From assembly GCA_028279825.1 (NCBI GenBank), contig JANQNA010000003.1, positions 30,518 to 94,517 of the forward strand: a DNA stretch of 64,000 nucleotides, in the 5' to 3' direction. Under the pieces are notes generated by a model that was given only the letters and a program-made list of their open reading frames with translations, made no database searches and was not told where the DNA came from. Origin of the DNA: an archaeon (GTDB lineage: Archaea; Aenigmatarchaeota; Aenigmatarchaeia; GW2011-AR5). Both the position numbers and the translations under genes were made by a program. The first letter of the stretch is position 1. Every line of letters begins with the position of its first letter. Of the stretch, positions 47,701 through 55,589 are shown in pieces.

Positions 47701-49359
47701 ATGCCTGATTTTTCTTCCGCCATGCAGGAATGGGGACAACTCCTGGGAAGTGATCGTGTTAGTTCTGACGGAAACGTTCTGGATAGATACGGAACCAACA
47801 TTAACGCTTTGTATAGAAGAGTTCGGGGTGTTTTATATCCTGAAACCACCAAAGAAGTCCAGGAAGTTGTAAGAATAGCACGGAAACGTGGTGTATCTCT
47901 TTATCCTGAGAGTACGAAACAGAATCACGGCCTGGGCGGTGCAACACCCGTGCAGGACGACTGTGTTGTTGTTGATCTTGGCAGAATGAATAAAATCAGT
48001 GTCAACGAAGAATACCACTACGCTTTAATCGAGCCGGGTGTGACCCAGGGGCAGCTGTATGAACACTTGGAGCAGGATGGAATTCCACTGATGTTTGATG
48101 CAACAGGCGCAGGAACAAGGGCAGGGTTTGTTGGAAACGCCGCAGAAGGTGGTGTCGGTTATTTTTCGTTACGTTTTGATCAGGTTTCGGATTATACAGC
48201 TGTACTTGGCACAGGTGAAATTTTTGAAACAGGCTTTCCGTCTGGATCAAGTGTAAAATATCTCTTCAGGTATCCTCCCGGAATGTTCCTGGATGGTTTG
48301 TTTAAGCATTCCAATCTTGGAATAATAACAAAAATAAAGCTTGGTCTTATGCCACATCCGGAATACCGGTCAATGTTGTTATGTAGCATAGGTAGCGAAG
48401 AAAGTTTCCCATACCTGGTTGACGGATTAAGAAAGCTAAGAGATCAGGGAACCATACAGACAGTTGTGAAGATTTCCAATGATTCTAGGTCAAGAATCAG
48501 CATAGCACCACTTTTGTATAGAGAACTTATGCAAAGAGGAACCTATGGCGACAGTCAGAGTACCAGAACATTTGTAGAGAATACTCTTAGGAGAAAATCC
48601 GGACCCTGGAGTGCTATAACAAGTCTTTTGGGAACCCGCAGCGAGGTAAGGAGCAAACAGAGAGAGATAAGAAAAGTGCTTGGTAACGTGGGAAAGGTGG
48701 AGTTCATCACAGACAACGGGCTTGACCTGAACGGTGGACGTTTACAGGTGGGACTTGACTGGGGCAGAGGATTAATGCAAGCAGGGCGGTTTCTTTCACG
48801 GCCGTTTGGCGACCGTCCAAAGAGATTTATTGACACTTACGAGTCTTTAATGGAGTCACTATTGCCTTTGTATCATCTTGCTACCAGAGGCAAACCAACC
48901 GACGCGCCTTTGTTGAGCCTGTATTGGCCCCTGGGTGACATTCCTGAAAACTGGCAATATCCAGAACAGATAGCAAATTGTGGTATGCAATTTAAGCTGC
49001 CTCTAATACCAATGAATGGAATGGAATCAAGGGAAGCAGTAAGAAAAATAAGAGAAACGATAGAGAAGTATGGTTTTGAACCGGCAATTACTCTCAACAC
49101 GGTCGAAAAAGCTTTTGATACTGTCACAAGCATACCATTCAACAGAAGTGACGCAGAAGAGGTTGAAAGGGCCAGTGAATGCGAGGAAGAGCTTTTCCAT
49201 GAACTCGCAGAATTCGGAGATCCTGATTATCGTTTTGGGATCGGCACCATGGGAAGAATGTCTGGTACAGTTCATCCGTACTATCGGATGTTGTACAGAG
49301 CGCTGAAGAATGAATGCGATCCCGATTATATCCTGGCACCTGGAAGATATGAATTATGA
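47701..49359 (+). CDS. FAD-linked oxidase (FAD_binding_4 / PCMH-VAO family)
   Basis: N-terminal PCMH-type FAD-binding domain (YPETTKEVQEVVRIARKRGVSLYPESTKQNHGLGGA ... VVVDLGRMNKI). 552 aa. Substrate unknown. Confidence 0.7.
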   Translation: MPDFSSAMQEWGQLLGSDRVSSDGNVLDRYGTNINALYRRVRGVLYPETTKEVQEVVRIARKRGVSLYPESTKQNHGLGGATPVQDDCVVVDLGRMNKISVNEEYHYALIEPGVTQGQLYEHLEQDGIPLMFDATGAGTRAGFVGNAAEGGVGYFSLRFDQVSDYTAVLGTGEIFETGFPSGSSVKYLFRYPPGMFLDGLFKHSNLGIITKIKLGLMPHPEYRSMLLCSIGSEESFPYLVDGLRKLRDQGTIQTVVKISNDSRSRISIAPLLYRELMQRGTYGDSQSTRTFVENTLRRKSGPWSAITSLLGTRSEVRSKQREIRKVLGNVGKVEFITDNGLDLNGGRLQVGLDWGRGLMQAGRFLSRPFGDRPKRFIDTYESLMESLLPLYHLATRGKPTDAPLLSLYWPLGDIPENWQYPEQIANCGMQFKLPLIPMNGMESREAVRKIRETIEKYGFEPAITLNTVEKAFDTVTSIPFNRSDAEEVERASECEEELFHELAEFGDPDYRFGIGTMGRMSGTVHPYYRMLYRALKNECDPDYILAPGRYEL

Positions 49360-49438
49360 AACTTGGTTTTAAAAAATTCAAAAACGTTTTTATAGTACGT
49401 AATTTAATTGTAATTGATACGTAATTGGTAACATTCTG

Positions 49439-50362
49439 GTGTTTATATTGGTTGATATAGTATACAGAAGAGCTAGACCGGGCGATGAAAAGGGTTTAAA
49501 GGAACTGTATGATGATGCGTATGGCGGCGGTTATTCTTTAACAGGTTTCACAACACATGAATCCGTGAGAGCACTTATTGAACAGGGCAGTTACATATGG
49601 TATGTGGCTCTTTCTGACGGGAATATAGTTGGCTCAACAGTAGCTGTTCCAGACGATTGGAATAGAAGCTTTGAGATGGGAAGATCTGCCGTAAAAAGAG
49701 AGTATAGACGTTTGGAAGTAGCAAAAAAAACTGCCGAACTTGCGAGAGACGAAGCTATTGAAAGAAGATACGATATAGGATGGGGGAGCCTTAGAAATAC
49801 TGCCATGCTTAGAGTGTCTGTAAACGACAAGATGACTGTGGTAGGCCATACTTCAGAGCACAGCCCATCTGGAGAAAGAGAAACTCATCTAATATGTGAA
49901 AGAATGACTGAGGATGCAAAAAGGCGCAGGGTTGTCCCTGCCAACAGTTATTTGTATGATTGGTTTGTAGTGGAACGCATACAGGATCAGATGGAATTAG
50001 AAAATAGGGAAGGTGAGTATCCACCCATAGATGTTGTGGGTAAAGGAGCAAACAGCGAAATTAGTGTGGCATTGCGTATGCATTTGGAAGACAATTCAGG
50101 AACCGTTACAGGAATTGAGGGAAGTCTGCCTGAACATATGAAGGTCGTTCTTCTTGCCGACAGGACAGAAGATATGGAATTGTTAAGAGGGTACGGTTTC
50201 AGGATTACTGCATTCATGCCCGGCTGGTATCTTTTGGGCAGGAACAGATACGACTGTGTTGTTATGGAAAATTGTTGTGTAGAACCAAGATCAGAAGATG
50301 AGAAAATGGATACAATGATACGCGAATTTACTAAGGGCTTTAGCTTTAAAAAAGAAGATTAG
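49439..50362 (+). CDS. Hypothetical protein with N-terminal GNAT-like region
   Basis: RRARPGDEKGLKELYDDAYGGGY ... YIWYVALSDGNIVGSTVAV is acetyltransferase-like. 307 aa. Confidence 0.4.
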   Translation: MFILVDIVYRRARPGDEKGLKELYDDAYGGGYSLTGFTTHESVRALIEQGSYIWYVALSDGNIVGSTVAVPDDWNRSFEMGRSAVKREYRRLEVAKKTAELARDEAIERRYDIGWGSLRNTAMLRVSVNDKMTVVGHTSEHSPSGERETHLICERMTEDAKRRRVVPANSYLYDWFVVERIQDQMELENREGEYPPIDVVGKGANSEISVALRMHLEDNSGTVTGIEGSLPEHMKVVLLADRTEDMELLRGYGFRITAFMPGWYLLGRNRYDCVVMENCCVEPRSEDEKMDTMIREFTKGFSFKKED

Positions 50363-51102
50363 GGAGCAGGCGGCATTCTTGCGGTAGACCTCGCAAGTAT
50401 ATTGTACGCAGTACCTTTTCTATCGTCACCGCCATGGACTATAGCCCCTTCATTGAAAAATACTTTACCATTATGATGGCGTGGTATTCTATAAATACCG
50501 GAATTCTCTATCAGTTCCCTAAATTCATCACGCGTATATCCGGCTTTCAGAGAGCTTTCGAATATATGTTGACCTTCAGGACCGTATACGCCAAACTCAG
50601 ACATAATGTAAGCAAGTTCTTCTTCAGAACTGGGCCTCTGTATATCTTGCAGGTAGAGTACCCCACCGTCAAGTTTTGTTGCTCTGTACATATTACGAAG
50701 TATTTTTTCGGCCTCTTTCGGTTCTACTTCATGAGGAATAACATGCAGTGATGTGACCAAGTCAAAATCTTGAAAATCCATACGAGAGGCATCCAACAAT
50801 TGGAAAGATAAACGAGAACGTCCTTCTGAAAGTTCTTCAGCTTTTTCAATCATCTCAGGTGATATATCTATACCTACAATATTTGCTTTAGGACACATAT
50901 CAGCAATTTCTCTTTCAACAAAACCCGGACCACAACCTACACCCAGAACCCTGTCCGGTTTTTTCCCTGTCCAGCTATTGTACGCAAAAAGAGCCCGCGT
51001 AGCAAAATCCTGGGTTACAAATCTTTGGTGTAGCGGGTGCCTTGCCATTTCTATATAAGCTTCTGCGTAGCCTTCTCTCTCCGGTTCAGGAGTTCTATCC
51101 AT
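50359..51102 (-). CDS. Class I SAM-dependent methyltransferase
   Basis: Motif I VLGVGCGPGF and motif II ANIVGIDIS. The probable start is MDRTPEPE; the ORF-track start overlaps the upstream gene. Confidence 0.7.
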   Translation of the reverse strand: MDRTPEPEREGYAEAYIEMARHPLHQRFVTQDFATRALFAYNSWTGKKPDRVLGVGCGPGFVEREIADMCPKANIVGIDISPEMIEKAEELSEGRSRLSFQLLDASRMDFQDFDLVTSLHVIPHEVEPKEAEKILRNMYRATKLDGGVLYLQDIQRPSSEEELAYIMSEFGVYGPEGQHIFESSLKAGYTRDEFRELIENSGIYRIPRHHNGKVFFNEGAIVHGGDDRKGTAYNILARSTARMPPAP

Positions 51103-51769
51103 GTTTTGGCAACCCCAGGTATGGCGTGAATTTTGAGCCCAAGCCTTTGAAGCCGGGTTCATCTTTTACCAGAAAACTATTGCTCTTGAAATTAGCATCA
51201 CTTTTGCTCCAGCTTTCCACTGGCTTAACAACAAACTCACAGCTTGACGCACCGGAAGCAACGCACTTTGTTTCCAGGCACAGCATTTTCTTGCCAGTTA
51301 TAACTTCAAAGGCACCGGCCCACATGCCCATGAGCCAGTAATCAACAGGTTTTTTCTGCAGACCGAAAAACCTTTTGTACTCCTCGGCGAAAGGAGAAAC
51401 CCCTTTGTACATGAAAATATTGTTCTTGAAATCCATTCTGATAATATTGAAACTTCCCAGACCCAGTACCTCAGTCTGTCCCTGGTTGAATATAGTAAGG
51501 CTCTGTTTCTCTTTCAGAGTTTTCGCATAACCAAATCTCTCGTTTATTATTCTTGTTCCTATTTCCGCCTGGAATTTTGCCACATGGTACCTTATCCTGT
51601 TTGCCTCAGACTTACAACTCTTCTCTACCAACTTATGATAATAAAGCTGAATGTAGATGGGGTCTATGAATGCTGGGTTTCCCCAGATCAGGAACTTGCC
51701 CCTGTCGTGTTTTATTGCCTTGAATTTCATAACCCTCTGAAGTATCTTCGGGGGTGCTCTAAATGCCAT
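51095..51769 (-). CDS. V4R-like (hydrocarbon-binding) domain protein, tentative
   Basis: C-terminal Cys motif CLETKCVASGASSCEF. 224 aa. The assignment is by memory of the family only. Confidence 0.35.
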   Translation of the reverse strand: MAFRAPPKILQRVMKFKAIKHDRGKFLIWGNPAFIDPIYIQLYYHKLVEKSCKSEANRIRYHVAKFQAEIGTRIINERFGYAKTLKEKQSLTIFNQGQTEVLGLGSFNIIRMDFKNNIFMYKGVSPFAEEYKRFFGLQKKPVDYWLMGMWAGAFEVITGKKMLCLETKCVASGASSCEFVVKPVESWSKSDANFKSNSFLVKDEPGFKGLGSKFTPYLGLPKHG

Positions 51770-51773
51770 ACTA

Positions 51774-52601
51774 TCACTTACCTATATCATGAATAATCAT
51801 GCCAGTTTTACTTATCTCAACGGGATGCACATCCTCGTTGTTTATTGTATTTCGCATTTTCCTGATTAACAGGTTCCTTGAAAACTGGCCGCCCATGGAT
51901 TCAAAATTAATGAGCAAAATACCGTCTGCAACAAACTCTGATATGGTATCTCTCGAAATATATCTGCCTCTCTCCGCGGACTCGGATATCAACAGTGTTG
52001 TGCAGTCATTTTCCATTAAACGAAGCGAATCAACAAAATTGTAGATGAATCTCTTGACTATCAGGTCTCCCATTATAGGCGGTGAAAAGAAGGAATTTTT
52101 CTTCATTATATCAACCAACGCCATGTCCTTCACATAATTATAAACAGGAGCATTTATTGCCAGCGAAGATATCGAGTCAACCACGAGCCTTTTTATTTTA
52201 TTCTCGGAAACGTTGTTGATTAATTCATCCAGTGCAGCGAAATCCAGATTCTTTATTGGCATATGCTTTATTTCCAGCATACCCTCGTTTATTAGCGGTT
52301 CAAGGTCCCATCCAAACTGCAGTGCCTGTTCCTTGAGTGATTCCACAGGTTGTCCAAAACTAACATATAACCCTTTTTCTTTGAACTCAGTAACGCCGTT
52401 GTACAGATACTCCAGACTAAAAATAGTCTTGCCTGTTCCCGGAGTTCCTGTTAATAGAATAGTACTGCCGCGCGGAAATCCGCCCTCAATCAGCTCGTCA
52501 AAACCCTTTATACCTGTTTTAGTGCGATCTTTAACCATTAAATCACTACTAGTAATATCCCTCAAGCAGTTTATAAAAGTTCTAGAATCAATCTTTCCCA
52601 T
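51774..52601 (-). CDS. KaiC-like / RecA-superfamily ATPase
   Basis: GIKGFDELIEGGFPRGSTILLTGTPGTGKT (Walker A in KaiC/RadA context). 275 aa. Confidence 0.7.
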   Translation of the reverse strand: MGKIDSRTFINCLRDITSSDLMVKDRTKTGIKGFDELIEGGFPRGSTILLTGTPGTGKTIFSLEYLYNGVTEFKEKGLYVSFGQPVESLKEQALQFGWDLEPLINEGMLEIKHMPIKNLDFAALDELINNVSENKIKRLVVDSISSLAINAPVYNYVKDMALVDIMKKNSFFSPPIMGDLIVKRFIYNFVDSLRLMENDCTTLLISESAERGRYISRDTISEFVADGILLINFESMGGQFSRNLLIRKMRNTINNEDVHPVEISKTGMIIHDIGK

Positions 52602-52779
52602 TCCTCATTATACGTGTCAGATAGCCGGTAACTTTGTTGCGCATCTTTTTGTCGTCTATTATTTTCAGCTCTTTGATTACCTGCTTGTTTGCCTCGAAAT
52701 CCTTGCCAAGCTTCTCTCTGTGGACACCCTTTATCTGGAATGCAGCGTTCTTTATGTCCTTTGTACGAATGTTACCCAT
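52588..52779 (-). CDS. rps17e: Ribosomal protein S17e
   Basis: MGNIRTKDIKNAAFQIKGVHREKLGKDFEANKQVIKEL...MRNKVTGYLTRIMR matches the S17e signature. Confidence 0.85.
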   Translation of the reverse strand: MGNIRTKDIKNAAFQIKGVHREKLGKDFEANKQVIKELKIIDDKKMRNKVTGYLTRIMRNGKD

Positions 52780-52914
52780 TTTTACCGATTTTTTATACCT
52801 TTGTAAAACTTAAATACTCATCAAGACCCATCGTTTAAGGGTCAAATAGTATAAAACGATGATCTGGATGCCAGTTACCATCTGCTTCCGGGTTGTCAGG
52901 ATGGTAAACTGAGC

Positions 52915-53871
52915 ATGAAAAAGGCATTTTTGGCACGCTCTCCGTTGGGGTTTTTCGCTTTCGATCCTGCAGGAAAGCTGTTGTTTTACGAGATATTCAC
53001 AGACGTGGGAAGATTCTTAGCCAGACAAATAGATAGAGATTTTCTCAAAAAACTGCCTGATTATGAAATAAAAGAGGATCCAAAAGCCTATACTTTTCTG
53101 CGTAAGCATATACGCGAATATGCCAGAAATTTTGCTAATTTGAACGATGCACAATTCAACGAATTGCTTACAAAATTTTCCATAGAACTGTCAACAAGAA
53201 GACTTGTAGGTGCTACAGGTCGCGACAAGTTAATAGTCCAGGCTGTCAGGTCTTTGGATGATTTGACAAAGACAATAAACGTGTTTTCTGAGCGTCTTTA
53301 CGAGTGGTATTCTTTGCATTATCCGGAAATGAAGAATGTCAATGTTACTGATCTAGTTGCAAAACACGGTAAGCGCGAGAATTTTCCATCTTTCAAAAGC
53401 AGCACTGGTGTGCCATTAAACGAAGCGGATGAACTGGCTCTGAGAAAGTATGCCTATACAATACAAAATCTTTCCAGAGATAAACGGGATCTAGAGAATT
53501 ACATCAAGAATTCTATGCACGAAGTGGCAAAGAATCTTTGTGCACTTACAGACCCCCTTCTTGCAGCAAGGATAATGGCATATGCAGGATCTTTAGAAAA
53601 GTTGGCAAGAATGCCTGCATCTACGATTCAATTGCTTGGCGCAGAGAAAGCGCTGTTCCGTCATTTACACACCAGAGGCAAAAGTCCGAAATACGGTTTA
53701 CTCTTTAACTCGATATTAATTCAAAGAGCCAAAAACGAACACAAGGGAAAAGTGGCCCGTATATTATCGTCCAAACTGATGATGGCCGTGCGTATTGACT
53801 TCTATTCAGGAAGAGACGATACGGAGAAACTGAAAAAAGAACTGAAAGAAGAAATAGAGGCGATTAAATGA
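52915..53871 (+). CDS. nop5: C/D box snoRNP protein Nop5 (Nop56/58)
   Basis: NOP domain with a coiled coil, directly upstream of fibrillarin in the conserved arrangement. Confidence 0.88.
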   Translation: MKKAFLARSPLGFFAFDPAGKLLFYEIFTDVGRFLARQIDRDFLKKLPDYEIKEDPKAYTFLRKHIREYARNFANLNDAQFNELLTKFSIELSTRRLVGATGRDKLIVQAVRSLDDLTKTINVFSERLYEWYSLHYPEMKNVNVTDLVAKHGKRENFPSFKSSTGVPLNEADELALRKYAYTIQNLSRDKRDLENYIKNSMHEVAKNLCALTDPLLAARIMAYAGSLEKLARMPASTIQLLGAEKALFRHLHTRGKSPKYGLLFNSILIQRAKNEHKGKVARILSSKLMMAVRIDFYSGRDDTEKLKKELKEEIEAIK

Positions 53872-54497
53872 AGCAGATATCACATAATGTTTACAAAGAC
53901 GGGAACAAGATCTACACAAAGGCGAGAATAAAGAAAAAAATTTACGGTGAAAAGATCCTGGGAGACAAACGTGAGTGGGATCCAAAAAGGAGTAAGCTTG
54001 GCGCTGCCGTACTAAAGGGTTTGAAAGTATCCATAAAGGACGGCGATATTGTTCTTTATCTCGGGGCATCAACAGGAACAACCGTATCACATGTCAGCGA
54101 TATTGTAGGTAATGGTTACGTTTATGGTATTGAATTTGCTGAAAGAGTGTTCCGCTCTTTAGTCGAGCTGGCTAAGGACCGCAAGAACATAGCGGCACTG
54201 AAGGAAGACGCAAGAAAAATGGATTATTCATGGATAGAACAGTGCGATGTTGTTTTTTGTGACATTGCTGACCCTCAACAAACAGACATTGCTATACGCA
54301 ATGCAAAAGAGTTTCTCAAAAAGAATGGATTGCTGCTTATTTCTGTAAAATCCCAGAGTATTGACGTAACAATGAAACCAAAAGATGTTTACGAGAAAGA
54401 AAAGAAAAAGGTAGAGAAGGCGGGGTTCTCTGTAATTCAACTTATTGATCTTGAACCTTACGAAGAAAAACATACAATGATTGTAGCGCAGAAATGA
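53868..54497 (+). CDS. flpA: Fibrillarin rRNA/tRNA 2'-O-methyltransferase
   Basis: VLYLGASTGTTVSHVSDIVG ... GYVYGIEFAERVFRSL. Confidence 0.9.
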   Translation: MKQISHNVYKDGNKIYTKARIKKKIYGEKILGDKREWDPKRSKLGAAVLKGLKVSIKDGDIVLYLGASTGTTVSHVSDIVGNGYVYGIEFAERVFRSLVELAKDRKNIAALKEDARKMDYSWIEQCDVVFCDIADPQQTDIAIRNAKEFLKKNGLLLISVKSQSIDVTMKPKDVYEKEKKKVEKAGFSVIQLIDLEPYEEKHTMIVAQK

Positions 54498-54508
54498 TTA
54501 GGATTGGT

Positions 54509-55555
54509 TTACTTATTGGCAACCTTAATCAGTATTTCCTTGAATTTTTCCCACTGATCTGCACTGATAGTTGCACCTGCAGCTGCGTCATGTCCGCCAC
54601 CGGAACCACCGACTTCTTTTGCAGCTTTACCTATAACCTTGCCGGCGTTTATGTTCTTTGACTGGTTTCTTGAAGAAGCTTTGACACGGGATCCGACTTT
54701 CTGGTAAATAACAACAAGATTATCCCTGTAGTTTTCGCTTACTCTTGTAGACAGCGGTGAAGAAAGATTGTATTTTGATTTGATGTTGTAGAACATGACT
54801 TTTCCATGCCTCTCCATGTTTGCTTCAGCATCTTCAACAAGATCATCCATCTCTTTCTTTATTACTTCACCTGATTCAATCATATTGTCGGCATTATGTG
54901 TTTTTTCAAATTTCTCAAAAGTCGCATTCTGGAAAACATCGACCATCTGATCAAAAGAAAGTTTTTTCGTTGCACTTGTTGCTGCGATCATATCGGCAAG
55001 TCTGCCAATTCTCGTTTCGTACAATGGCTTGTCAAAACCATACCTTTTCTCTACTTCCTTTACCAGATCCTTTGAATCATTAAGATTGTAGTCAGCCACC
55101 ATCCCAACTGCTGCAACCCACAAGAGATCTGAAACATCCATTACTTTTGATAAAATCTTGTAGATGCAGTAAGATGTTGACTGGTATAACCTGGGATCGT
55201 CTATCCTTGGGTTGTAGTGGACTATTCTTTTGGAATTCATGTTCTTGAAGACCTGATGATGATCTACAACAAGCACTTCTGATAACCCAACCAGACTTTT
55301 CAGAACACCCTGCTGCTGGTCGGCCGCCAGATCCAGAAGTATTATCTTGTCCGGAATACCTGTTTTCACTCTCTGCACAATGTTTTTGTCCATTGGCATT
55401 GGCTGTGATATTATGTAGGGTTTTTTCTTGCCTGTCCTCTTGAGGTATTCACTAACCATGACGCATGAGCATATTCCGTCGCCGTCGTTGTTATATATTA
55501 TAACAACGCCATCTGTGCTCTTTATTCTCTCTAGAAAGTCAGCTGCTTTTTTCAT
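54509..55555 (-). CDS. DHH-family phosphoesterase (RecJ-like, DHH-DHHA1)
   Basis: DHH motifs IIYNNDGDGICS, LVVDHH and GGGH. 348 aa. Confidence 0.75.
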   Translation of the reverse strand: MKKAADFLERIKSTDGVVIIYNNDGDGICSCVMVSEYLKRTGKKKPYIISQPMPMDKNIVQRVKTGIPDKIILLDLAADQQQGVLKSLVGLSEVLVVDHHQVFKNMNSKRIVHYNPRIDDPRLYQSTSYCIYKILSKVMDVSDLLWVAAVGMVADYNLNDSKDLVKEVEKRYGFDKPLYETRIGRLADMIAATSATKKLSFDQMVDVFQNATFEKFEKTHNADNMIESGEVIKKEMDDLVEDAEANMERHGKVMFYNIKSKYNLSSPLSTRVSENYRDNLVVIYQKVGSRVKASSRNQSKNINAGKVIGKAAKEVGGSGGGHDAAAGATISADQWEKFKEILIKVANK

Positions 55556-55589
55556 AACAATAAAGTACAGAGAAACGGTTTAAAAGGGA

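Noticed and set aside
51774-52601. KaiC-like ATPase beside the V4R-like protein considered as a two-component signalling module.
   Set aside because: Both are common stand-alone archaeal proteins, and the V4R assignment is tentative. There is not enough evidence for a functional link.
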